The notes under the pieces are model-generated. The model saw only the letters and a list, made by a program, of their open reading frames with translations. It had not been told where the DNA came from and ran no database searches. DNA of 64,000 nucleotides from Bacteroidia bacterium (GTDB taxonomy: Bacteria; Bacteroidota; Bacteroidia; NS11-12g; UBA9320): the NCBI GenBank assembly GCA_049115575.1, contig JAGDZU010000004.1, positions 423,307 through 487,306 on the forward strand, written 5' to 3'. Position numbers and translations under genes: made by a program. The stretch's first letter is position 1. Every line of letters begins with the position of its first letter. Shown piece by piece: positions 19,816-32,660 of the stretch.

Positions 19816-20289
19816 ATGAAGCTAAAATTTCTTTTCACTTTAGCAGTGCTCAGCACTCTGTTTTCTTGTTCAGAAAACGCCATACTCGATGAGTATCAAG
19901 ACTTGCCAGATTCAGGCTGGACTCAAGAACAAGAATTAATTATGGAGTTTGAGATTACAGACACCACTACCTATTATCAGTTTTATAGCAATCTTAGATT
20001 GAATGCGGATTACCCATATAGCAACATTCATTTGCTTATGAGCACAATCTCTCCAGACAGCACCATAAGCAAGGAGATTATTTCGGTAAAGCTGGCTGAA
20101 AAATCAGGTAAATGGCTTGGAAGCGGAATAGGAAATGTAATAACTTTTCAAGAGCCATTTCCAAATAGAAAAATGTTCAAACAAGCAGGGACTTACACTG
20201 TTAAACTATCACAATATATGCGACTTGAAACGGTAGAACATGTTCAGTCAGCAGGCATTAAAATTATACAACAAGAACAGATCTTATAA
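19816..20289 (+). CDS. gldH: gliding motility lipoprotein GldH
   Basis: 157 aa with lipobox LFSC and the LRLNADYPYSNIHLL block. Confidence 0.8.
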   Translation: MKLKFLFTLAVLSTLFSCSENAILDEYQDLPDSGWTQEQELIMEFEITDTTTYYQFYSNLRLNADYPYSNIHLLMSTISPDSTISKEIISVKLAEKSGKWLGSGIGNVITFQEPFPNRKMFKQAGTYTVKLSQYMRLETVEHVQSAGIKIIQQEQIL

Positions 20290-20290
20290 T

Positions 20291-21685
20291 ATGAATACTT
20301 ACGATCTTATCGTCATAGGTTCTGGGCCAGGTGGTTACGTCTGCGCTATCAGAGCAGCACAATTGGGAATGAAGACCGCCATTATTGAAAAATACAATAC
20401 ATTAGGTGGAACCTGTTTAAATGTAGGTTGTATTCCTTCCAAGGCTCTTTTGGATTCTTCGGAAAATTTTCACGCGGCAAAATCAAAGTTTCCTGCACAT
20501 GGTATCATTATAGACGAACCTAAAGTGGATTTCACTCAAATGGTGAACAGAAAACAATCTGTAGTTGATCAAATGACTAAGGGTGTAGACTTTCTTATGA
20601 AGAAAAACAAAGTAGACGTCTTTACTGGAGTGGGTTCATTTGTTGATGCCAATACTATAGAAATCAAAGGCGAAAAGACAGAAAAAATTAGTGGTAAAAA
20701 CATTGTTATTGCTACGGGCTCCAAACCTTCTTCACTGCCTGGAATGGAGATTGACAAGAAACGAATCATTAGTTCAACAGAAGCGTTGAGCTTGAAGGAA
20801 ATTCCACAGCACTTGATAGTTATTGGTGGTGGAGTTATTGGAATGGAGTTGGGTTCAGTTTATAGAAGACTCGGATCTGAAGTATCTGTTGTGGAATATG
20901 CAGACAGCATTATTCCAACTATGGATGCAGCCTTGGGCAAGGAATTAGGCAGAGTGATGAAGAAACAGAAAATGAAAATGTATCTGGGTCATAAAGTCAC
21001 TTCTGTAAGCTCTAAAGGAAAAAAGGTCACAGTTAAAGCCGAAGGCAAGAAAGGCGAAGTAATACTCGAAGGTGATTACTGTTTGGTAGCTGTTGGCAGA
21101 AGACCTTATACAGAAGGTTTGAATGCAGACAAAGCAGGCGTTCAGTTGGATGATAGAGGTAGAATAGAAGTGAATGAACATTTACAGACTAATATCCCTA
21201 ATATTTATGCCATAGGCGATGTGGTAAAAGGCGCAATGCTAGCTCATAAGGCTGAAGAAGAAGGAGTAGCAGTTGCCGAATTACTCGCCGGTGAGAAGCC
21301 ACACATTAATTATAATTTGATTCCAGGGGTAGTCTATACTTGGCCAGAAGTGGCAGGTGTAGGTGCTACTGAGGAAGAGTTGAAAGCAGCGGGCAAGGAA
21401 TACAAAATAGGTCAATTCCCATTCAGGGCAAATGGGCGTGCTGTTGCTGGTATGGACTTAGACGGCTTTGTTAAGATCATTGCAGATAAAGAAACTGATG
21501 AAGTTCTAGGGGCTCACATGATTGGGCCACGAGTTGCAGATCTAATTGCTGAAATGGCTGTAGCAATGGAATTCAGAGCAAGTGCTGAGGATATTGGCAG
21601 AATATGTCACGCTCACCCAACTACAAGTGAAGTAACTAAAGAGGCAGCTTTAGCTGCTACAAGCAACCGAGCTATCCATTCTTAA
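20291..21685 (+). CDS. lpdA: dihydrolipoyl dehydrogenase
   Basis: Start moved to MNTYDLIVIGSGPGGY. Redox centre GGTCLNVGCIPSK and C-terminal HAHPT. Confidence 0.9.
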   Translation: MNTYDLIVIGSGPGGYVCAIRAAQLGMKTAIIEKYNTLGGTCLNVGCIPSKALLDSSENFHAAKSKFPAHGIIIDEPKVDFTQMVNRKQSVVDQMTKGVDFLMKKNKVDVFTGVGSFVDANTIEIKGEKTEKISGKNIVIATGSKPSSLPGMEIDKKRIISSTEALSLKEIPQHLIVIGGGVIGMELGSVYRRLGSEVSVVEYADSIIPTMDAALGKELGRVMKKQKMKMYLGHKVTSVSSKGKKVTVKAEGKKGEVILEGDYCLVAVGRRPYTEGLNADKAGVQLDDRGRIEVNEHLQTNIPNIYAIGDVVKGAMLAHKAEEEGVAVAELLAGEKPHINYNLIPGVVYTWPEVAGVGATEEELKAAGKEYKIGQFPFRANGRAVAGMDLDGFVKIIADKETDEVLGAHMIGPRVADLIAEMAVAMEFRASAEDIGRICHAHPTTSEVTKEAALAATSNRAIHS

Positions 21686-26136
<4,451 letters not shown>

Positions 26137-26288
26137 GCTGAAAATATGAGCCGCGAAATTAGCTAAGCGCGGCTTTATAGCCGAATTTTCAACCACATTT
26201 ATTGAGCTTAGATTTCCACTGTTTTTTATATCATATGTTCAATGCCATGTCTCACTGATTTTTACTTTCTAATATTGCCAAATTGAAA

Positions 26289-26296
26289 TAGATTTG
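26289..26296 (+). promoter_or_regulatory. candidate -7 box TAGATTTG driving the TPP riboswitch transcript
   Basis: Matches TAnnTTTG and lies about 5 nt upstream of the aptamer P1 stem. Confidence 0.4.
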
Positions 26297-26300
26297 TGCC

Positions 26301-26392
26301 TACAAAGGGGTGCCTGAAAAGGCTGAGATGATACCCTTTCTCAACTCCGTTGAGAGGAACCTGATTCGGCTAGTACCGACGTAGGGATTGTA
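26301..26392 (+). promoter_or_regulatory. TPP (THI-box) riboswitch
   Basis: GGGGTGC...GCTGAGA...ACCC...AACCTGAT...GTACC...CGTAGGGA in canonical order, with P1 TACAA/TTGTA. Confidence 0.9.
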
Positions 26393-26421
26393 TCAACTTA
26401 CCTCCCCCTATAAAAGGGAGT

Positions 26422-28869
26422 ATGAAGAAATTAATTTTATGTATTGGTCTTTGCTTGTTTATCCAGGATTTACAAGCTCAAATTGTATTAAGTGGTAAAG
26501 TAATTGATGCTTTGGATGGCAAAGCAATTGCACTTGTAAACGTTTCTGTGATTAATGAGAGTTCTTCTTATAGTGCAACTACGGATGAACTCGGAAATTT
26601 TCTGCTGGATATTCCTGCTGGCAGTTACAGCTTAACTTTTAGCCATATTGCTTATCAACCCACAACATCAAACATCACACTCAAAGAGAATTCAAGTCAA
26701 ATATACTATCTCAGTAAAAGCAATAATCTCATCGGAGTTACAGAAGTCTCCGCTTTGAGAGTGAACAGAAAAGTACCTAGCACTACGAGCTATATTTCTA
26801 AAAGCGAGATCCTACTTTTAGATCAGTCTAAAGACTTTCCGTTTTTGCTAAACTCAAGTCCATCAACGGTGGTATTCTCAGACGCAGGAAATGGCGTTGG
26901 TTATACTGGTATTAGAATTCGAGGAATAGACCCCACCAGGGTGAATGTGACTATAAACGATATCCCGCTCAATGATGCGGAAGGTCAAGGTGTGTTTTGG
27001 GTAAATCTTCCCGATATGGCTAGCTCAACTGCATCTGTTCAGATTCAAAGAGGCGTTGGCACATCTACCAATGGCGCTGCAGCATTTGGGGCCAGTGTTA
27101 ATATTCAAACAGATGCTCTGTCTAAAAATAAATACCTCAATGCTACTATAGGTATGGGCTCATTTAACACTAGGCGGTATTCCTTAAGTGCAGGAAGCGG
27201 TGAATTAGGTGGTGGATGGAGAGTGCAAGCAAGAGGAAGTTATATTTCCTCAGAAGGCTTCATAGATCGCGCTTCAACCAATCTTCAATCAGGACAACTT
27301 ACCGTGGGGAAATACGGTAAAAAAAGCATACTCAAAGCCAATATAATGTTGGGAAGGGAACGCACTTATCAGGCCTGGTGGGGAGTACCGCAAGTCAAGT
27401 TTCAGGGAGACCAAGACGGAATAGAGAATTTTATTAATCAACTATGGATAACGGGTTCAGATAAAGAAAATTTACTCAATTCAAAGCCCGAGACTTACAA
27501 CTACTACACTTACCAAAACGAGGTAGATGATTATGGTCAAGATCACTATCAGTTGTTCTATCAATACCAAATAAAACCTAAATCTCTGCTCAAAACAGCG
27601 GCTCATTATACCAGAGGAAAGGGTTATTTCGAGCAATTCATCTCCGAAGATTTGCTCAGCAATTATGGAATCCCCAATCATGTAGTTGGCACAGACACTT
27701 TTGAATATGCAGATGTGGTGAGAAGAAGGTGGCTAGACAACCACTTCTATGGAACCGTTTTGAGTTTTCACAGTCACGCTGGAAGTAATGAGTTAACTAT
27801 TGGTCTCAGTGCAAATCAATACTTAGGTCGGCATTTTGGTGAAGCCATACAAACAGAGTTTACTTCTTACGAATCTCTCAACGCCATTTATTATGATAAC
27901 GACGCTACTAAAAACGACGGCAATGCTTATATAAAATACTTGCGATCATTTGGTAAACTAAAGACCTATGTAGATGCTCAATACAGAAGAATTAACTACC
28001 AATTCTTAGGGATAGATGACAGTGGAAACCCGGAAGAACAAACAGTCAATTATGGATTTTTTAATCCTAAGTTTGGCTTAACATTTGATATTCTCAACAA
28101 TCTTTCAATTAAGGCTATTTACGCTATAGGCAACAGAGAACCCGTTAGAGATGATCTTATAAACTCTTCCCCTAGCAGCAGACCTTCTCACGAACATCTA
28201 AAAAACGCTGAATTCAATCTGCAGTTCAGATCGGTGAATTTCAATTTTTCCATGACCCTGTATCAAATGAACTATGATAATGCACTGGTCTTAAATGGTC
28301 AGGTGAATGACGTTGGGGCATTTACAAGAATTAATGTTGAATCTGCCCTTAGAAAAGGAGTTGAATTTGATGTGAGTACGAATCTGTCTTCCAATCTCCA
28401 GATTATGGGAAACCTAAGTCTGTCTTCCAACAAAATTGATAATTATACTGAATATGTAGACGACTGGACTAACGGTGGGCAAATAGCTTATAGTTATGAG
28501 AATACGGATATTGCATTTTCACCTAATGCAGTAGCATCGGCTATTATGGAAATGGCACTTGTAAAAGGGGTAAGTCTAGGCGTATCTTCTAAATATGTTA
28601 GCGCTCAATATCTAGACAACACTCAATCAGATGATCGCAGACTGGATGCTTTTAGCACAATAGACGCTTATTTACGTTATAAATCGGGTAAGAAGTCAAC
28701 ACTTAAAAACTTAAGTTTAACAGCATACATGAATAATATTACAGCTGAGAAGTATGCGCCAAATGGTTATACTTTTTCTGGCGTAATAGATGGTGATAGA
28801 AATTCCTTCAACTACGTCTATCCCATGGCTGGATTTAATTGGATGATTAAGTTGAGTATTGCTTTTTAA
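26422..28869 (+). CDS. TonB-dependent receptor with N-terminal carboxypeptidase-regulatory-like domain (thiamine-related uptake inferred)
   Basis: 815 aa with signal peptide, a plug block IRIRGIDPTRVNVTINDIPLND, and a C-terminal beta-barrel ending in F. A TPP riboswitch lies directly upstream. Confidence 0.85.
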   Translation: MKKLILCIGLCLFIQDLQAQIVLSGKVIDALDGKAIALVNVSVINESSSYSATTDELGNFLLDIPAGSYSLTFSHIAYQPTTSNITLKENSSQIYYLSKSNNLIGVTEVSALRVNRKVPSTTSYISKSEILLLDQSKDFPFLLNSSPSTVVFSDAGNGVGYTGIRIRGIDPTRVNVTINDIPLNDAEGQGVFWVNLPDMASSTASVQIQRGVGTSTNGAAAFGASVNIQTDALSKNKYLNATIGMGSFNTRRYSLSAGSGELGGGWRVQARGSYISSEGFIDRASTNLQSGQLTVGKYGKKSILKANIMLGRERTYQAWWGVPQVKFQGDQDGIENFINQLWITGSDKENLLNSKPETYNYYTYQNEVDDYGQDHYQLFYQYQIKPKSLLKTAAHYTRGKGYFEQFISEDLLSNYGIPNHVVGTDTFEYADVVRRRWLDNHFYGTVLSFHSHAGSNELTIGLSANQYLGRHFGEAIQTEFTSYESLNAIYYDNDATKNDGNAYIKYLRSFGKLKTYVDAQYRRINYQFLGIDDSGNPEEQTVNYGFFNPKFGLTFDILNNLSIKAIYAIGNREPVRDDLINSSPSSRPSHEHLKNAEFNLQFRSVNFNFSMTLYQMNYDNALVLNGQVNDVGAFTRINVESALRKGVEFDVSTNLSSNLQIMGNLSLSSNKIDNYTEYVDDWTNGGQIAYSYENTDIAFSPNAVASAIMEMALVKGVSLGVSSKYVSAQYLDNTQSDDRRLDAFSTIDAYLRYKSGKKSTLKNLSLTAYMNNITAEKYAPNGYTFSGVIDGDRNSFNYVYPMAGFNWMIKLSIAF

Positions 28870-28886
28870 AGTCCTAGATTTCCAGC

Positions 28887-29981
28887 GTGAATTGGAATCA
28901 AATTAGGCAAGACCACATAAAGGAAATTAGTAGCTTATACTTAAACACAGCCTCTAATGGTTTAATCCCTCATTCTATTCAACATTCTATGAATGATGAG
29001 CAGAACAAATTTATGAAGAATCCTTCGGCTTATAGAAATGAGTTCATTTTGAATTCAATTCCCAGTATCCGAAAAAAACTTGCCAGCTTACTAAATGCTT
29101 CACCGGAGCAATTTGCACTGGTACCAAATTTCAGTATTGGGCTGAACTTACTGCTTCCTTCCCTTCAAATTCAAAAGGTTGGTCTAATTAAAGGAGACTA
29201 TCCATCTCTGAATTTACCCTTTACGGAATCAGCTCTCGATGTTGTTTTTCTAGATGATTTAATAAATACTGACTTAAATTCAATAGAGCAATTCATAATT
29301 CAAAACAACCTAGAACTGCTAGCCATTAGTCATGTACAATGGCTTAATGGCTACGCCATTGATTTGCATGAACTTTCCCAACTTTGTAAGAGAAACAATT
29401 GCCTTCTTTTAGCAGATGCCACACAGAGTTTTGGCGCTTTGGAAATAGACCTTAAAAAGTCAGAAGTAGATATTTTAGCAGCGAGTTGTTATAAATGGGC
29501 TTGCGCAGGATTTGGAAATGGATTTATGTATATAGACTCCGAGGTATTGGATAAACATAGACCTAAATCTGCTGGATTTAATAGCACTTCCTTTCTTCAA
29601 GGTAATACCGATTATACGGCAGGTATTCGAAGTTATGAACCAGGACATCATGATCATGAAGCGTTTAAGCGAATGCAATTTGCATTGGATAGAATCATTC
29701 ACATAGGCGTGACTAATATCCAAGCTCGAATTAGCTACTTCATGGATTTATTAATTGGTGAATTGACTAGAAACAATATAGAATTTGTAGGACCCTTTCC
29801 TGAAAAAAATAGATCTGGAATAGTCACTTTAGAATCCAAAGATGGGCTTATTGATTACCTCAATAAATCTGGGGTAGAATGCGTGGAAAGAGATAAGAAG
29901 ATTCGCATTAGTATACATTACTATAACAATGAAGCCGACATAGCTGAGTTCCTTAAGCTATTGCTCAACTATAGTGGCTAG
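28887..29981 (+). CDS. class V aminotransferase-fold PLP-dependent enzyme (cysteine desulfurase / C-S lyase-like)
   Basis: 364 aa with a GTG start. Candidate PLP-lysine block LAASCYKWACAGFGNGFMY. Confidence 0.7.
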   Translation: MNWNQIRQDHIKEISSLYLNTASNGLIPHSIQHSMNDEQNKFMKNPSAYRNEFILNSIPSIRKKLASLLNASPEQFALVPNFSIGLNLLLPSLQIQKVGLIKGDYPSLNLPFTESALDVVFLDDLINTDLNSIEQFIIQNNLELLAISHVQWLNGYAIDLHELSQLCKRNNCLLLADATQSFGALEIDLKKSEVDILAASCYKWACAGFGNGFMYIDSEVLDKHRPKSAGFNSTSFLQGNTDYTAGIRSYEPGHHDHEAFKRMQFALDRIIHIGVTNIQARISYFMDLLIGELTRNNIEFVGPFPEKNRSGIVTLESKDGLIDYLNKSGVECVERDKKIRISIHYYNNEADIAEFLKLLLNYSG

Positions 29982-30040
29982 AAAACAATGGGCAGCTTTG
30001 ATATTAAAAACAGTTTTATTACTCCTAATTGAATTGTAAC

Positions 30041-30988
30041 TCAATCTTTCTTTTCCAATAAACATTCAAGAAACTGCTCTTCGTTGTCTTGATATACATT
30101 CTTAATTCGCAAAGATGACGACTCGCATAACCATTCAATAGTTTGCATATTATACTTCTGTGAAATTTCAGTATGCAGGCTTTCCCAAGCGTCGAAATGG
30201 TAGGTTTTACCAGTCGCTTCTATAAATACATCTTGCTCCACCGTACTTACCAAATAGCTACTGGCTAGTCCAGTTTCAGGATTGTAAATGGGTTGATGAA
30301 TAAAATTATCCATTTCAAAGTTGGCACCCAGCTCACGATTCATTCTCTCCAATAAATTGAGATTAAATTCTTTGGTAACTCCTGCCTGGTCATTATATGC
30401 TGCCAGTACTTTCTCAGGTTCTTTCATTTTGTCTAAACCTAAAAGAAAATGGTCTTGTGAACGCATATTTTCTGAAATCCCACTCAAAAACTTGATGGCT
30501 GTTGCGTGGTCTAAATTTCCAAGATTTGAACCCATGAAAAGAAAAATATTTGGCGTTTCATCCTCGATTTCTAATTTGTCTAAAGCCTGAAAATAAGTGT
30601 ATTGCAGTGGTTTAACTTTAACTCCTTTTACCTCTACATTTATGTGATTCTCAAGCTGTTCAAGCACATTTTTTGAAACGTCAATCGGAATATAATTCAC
30701 CATTATTCCTCGTGACCGTAAAGCCTTGAGGAAAATAGACGTTTTAGTCCCATCTCCTGCGCCAAGTTCATAGATGTTCACTTGAGACAGCAATCCAAGT
30801 TGATCTATAATCTCATGTGACCGATATTTAAAGATTTCTTCTTCTGCTCGGGTTAAATAATACTCCGGTAGCTCCATGATTTGCTGAAATAGCTCACCAC
30901 CTCTTGAATCATACAAAAACTTTGAACTAATCCTCTTGGGATAAATGGATAATCCTTCGTCAACTTCCTTTATAAAATGCTCAATCAT
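30041..30988 (-). CDS. egtD: L-histidine N(alpha)-methyltransferase (EgtD family)
   Basis: 315 aa with YDSRGGELFQQIMELPEYYLTRAE, ELGAGDGTKT and YIPIDVS. Translationally coupled to egtB. Confidence 0.8.
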   Translation of the reverse strand: MIEHFIKEVDEGLSIYPKRISSKFLYDSRGGELFQQIMELPEYYLTRAEEEIFKYRSHEIIDQLGLLSQVNIYELGAGDGTKTSIFLKALRSRGIMVNYIPIDVSKNVLEQLENHINVEVKGVKVKPLQYTYFQALDKLEIEDETPNIFLFMGSNLGNLDHATAIKFLSGISENMRSQDHFLLGLDKMKEPEKVLAAYNDQAGVTKEFNLNLLERMNRELGANFEMDNFIHQPIYNPETGLASSYLVSTVEQDVFIEATGKTYHFDAWESLHTEISQKYNMQTIEWLCESSSLRIKNVYQDNEEQFLECLLEKKD

Positions 30989-32148
30989 TATTTGTCTTTA
31001 GCTAATCGTATCCCTGTGAACTGCCATCTCAATTCAGGATGGAAAAAATTCCTGTAAGTTGACCTAGAGTGCCTAGGTGAGGTAGCTATTGATGCACCTC
31101 TAAGTACCATCTGATTCACCATAAATTTACCATTGTACTCTCCAATGGCGCCGGCTGCTTTTTCAAAACCAGGATAGGGTAGATAAGCACTATTGGTCCA
31201 TTCCCATCTAAGACCCCAATTGAATTTCTCATTTGCGGCTTCCCATTCAAACTCCGTTGGTAGTCTCATCCCTTTCCAGGTTGCAAAGGCACTTGCTTCG
31301 TAGAAACTGATATGCTTTACTGCTGCCTTCTTATCTATAGGTTTATATCCGTCTAATTCGTAATGCATCCATTCTCCTTTTTCAAAATGCCAATACATGG
31401 GTGCTTGTACCTTGTTTTCTTGAACCCATTCCCAGCCTTCGGCATGCCATAGGTTAAAATCTTCATATCCCCCAGCATTCATAAAGTCTAAATACTCCTT
31501 ATTGCTCACCAAACTTGCCCTAATAAATGCTGATTGCAAATACACTTTGTGTCTGTTTAGTTCATTGTCAAAAACAAATGAGCCTTCTTGGGCACCAATT
31601 TCATAAATGCCTTCATCAATGGCCGCCCATTCCCAATCAACTTCATATCTATCTTGCAATTTCCTGTGAACAGGAAACCCGACTTGATGCCCTAAGATGT
31701 ATTTAATATCAGTAATGAGTAACTCTTGATGTTGTTGTTCATGGTTTAGACCCAACAGTAATATTTCCTTAAGTTCAGCATCAATTCTTGAGCTAAGCAA
31801 TTTCTCCATATGACTATCCACATATGCCCTATAAGCATAGATCTCATCTACTTCCGGACGACTCATCAATCCTCTATTAGGGCGGAGTACTCTCTCTCCT
31901 ACATTGTTATAGTAGCTGTTAAATAGGTAAGCAAATTCCTCATCAAAGCGCTGATAATTCTCTTGTTTAGCCAGAACAAATTCTTCAAAGAACCATGTAG
32001 TATGGGCCAGGTGCCACTTGGGAGGTGAAACATCTACAATAGGTTGCAATACATAATCCTCTTTTTTAAGTGACCTGCAAATGTCTTCCGTTCTTTTACG
32101 GACTTCCCTAAAGCCTGTTTGAAGTTCAGTATGTGTCTTTATTATCAC
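30988..32148 (-). CDS. egtB: ergothioneine biosynthesis sulfoxide synthase (EgtB family: DinB_2 + FGE-sulfatase domains)
   Basis: 386 aa with HLAHTTWFFEEF, NHEQQHQELL, WEWTNSAYLPYPGF and RGASIATSPRHSRSTYRNFF. Confidence 0.8.
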   Translation of the reverse strand: MIIKTHTELQTGFREVRKRTEDICRSLKKEDYVLQPIVDVSPPKWHLAHTTWFFEEFVLAKQENYQRFDEEFAYLFNSYYNNVGERVLRPNRGLMSRPEVDEIYAYRAYVDSHMEKLLSSRIDAELKEILLLGLNHEQQHQELLITDIKYILGHQVGFPVHRKLQDRYEVDWEWAAIDEGIYEIGAQEGSFVFDNELNRHKVYLQSAFIRASLVSNKEYLDFMNAGGYEDFNLWHAEGWEWVQENKVQAPMYWHFEKGEWMHYELDGYKPIDKKAAVKHISFYEASAFATWKGMRLPTEFEWEAANEKFNWGLRWEWTNSAYLPYPGFEKAAGAIGEYNGKFMVNQMVLRGASIATSPRHSRSTYRNFFHPELRWQFTGIRLAKDK

Positions 32149-32249
32149 TGTTTTTCCTTAGACGAGTTAAATCTACTTCCTTATTTCACTTAAAAAAAGA
32201 AATTCATATAGATAACATGTAATTTGATTTTTTGCTTGTGCTGAAAGCA

Positions 32250-32334
32250 GATTACTCCCTTCGCTTTGCTACGGTCGTGATCCTTGATGGGGTAATTCAA
32301 CTAAAAGCCTTAATGCTTCGCATTATTGGTCTTT
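32250..32334 (+). repeat. tandem repeat unit A (candidate small structured RNA)
   Basis: 85 nt, about 94% identical to 32361-32446. See findings. Confidence 0.8.
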
Positions 32335-32360
32335 AAGAAAGAAAGGCTTCAAGTCAGTTG

Positions 32361-32446
32361 GATTACTCCCTTCGCTTTGCTACGGTCGTGATCCTGGATG
32401 GGGGTGATTCAACCAATAGCCTTAATGCTTCGCATTATTGGTCTTT
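32361..32446 (+). repeat. tandem repeat unit B (candidate small structured RNA with terminator-like 3' end)
   Basis: 86 nt, ending in the hairpin TAATGC-TTC-GCATTA plus TTGGTC-TTTTT. Confidence 0.8.
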
Positions 32447-32447
32447 T

Positions 32448-32489
32448 TATATAGCTCAACTCTTGAGCGAACTCAAGTTGAGCTATATA
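32448..32489. repeat. 42-nt near-perfect palindrome/hairpin
   Basis: TATATAGCTCAACTCTTGAG-CGAA-CTCAAGTTGAGCTATATA, flanked by T5 on the left and A5 on the right. Confidence 0.85.
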
Positions 32490-32517
32490 AAAAGCCCAAA
32501 CACTATCGTGTTTAGGC
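32489..32517 (-). terminator. intrinsic terminator of tRNA-Pro
   Basis: The - strand reads GCCTAAACAC-GATA-GTGTTTGGGC followed by TTTTT. Confidence 0.75.
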
Positions 32518-32526
32518 TATTGGTTG

Positions 32527-32601
32527 TCGGGGTGAGAGGATTCGAACCTCCGATCTCTGGTCCCCCAGACCAGCACTTTAACCGGACTAAGCTACACCCC
32601 G
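32527..32601 (-). tRNA. tRNA-Pro (anticodon GGG)
   Basis: The - strand reads CGGGGTGTAGCTTAGTCCGGTTAAAGTGCTGGTCTGGGGGACCAGAGATCGGAGGTTCGAATCCTCTCACCCCGA. Acceptor is CGGGGTG/CACCCCG, the anticodon loop is CUGGGGG, and the T-loop is GGTTCGAATCC. CCA is not encoded. Confidence 0.9.
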
Positions 32602-32660
32602 TAAATATTGGTGGCAAAAATATGTTTTAGCCATACAAGAACAACGATGAATTGTGCATT

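Noticed and set aside
20240-20290. N-terminal extensions of track ORFs (lpdA 20240, Nif3 39835, zinc-ribbon 40880, pyk 47481, fumC 50131, norQ 57390, MscS 53714, purL 26196, lipoprotein 6782)
   Set aside because: In each case a downstream ATG gives the canonical family N-terminus. The extension overlaps the upstream gene, a promoter box or a terminator.
32232-32336. Possible small hydrophobic peptide (LLVLKADYSLRFATVVILDGVIQLKALMLRIIGL) in unit A, as in a type I toxin-like tandem locus
   Set aside because: The corresponding frame in unit B is shifted after ...ILDG by the 1-nt indel and reads through into the tRNA. It has no ATG start. Conservation is better explained at the RNA level.
32448-32489. 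The long palindrome as a bidirectional intrinsic terminator
   Set aside because: The T-run precedes the stem and the A-run follows it on both strands, so neither orientation has the hairpin-then-U-tract order. The adjacent smaller hairpins already provide proper terminators.
32358-32630. 90-aa + strand ORF from the track
   Set aside because: It runs through repeat unit B, the palindrome, the tRNA terminator and the whole tRNA-Pro gene. Its frame is not shared with unit A because of a single-base indel. It is an artefact.
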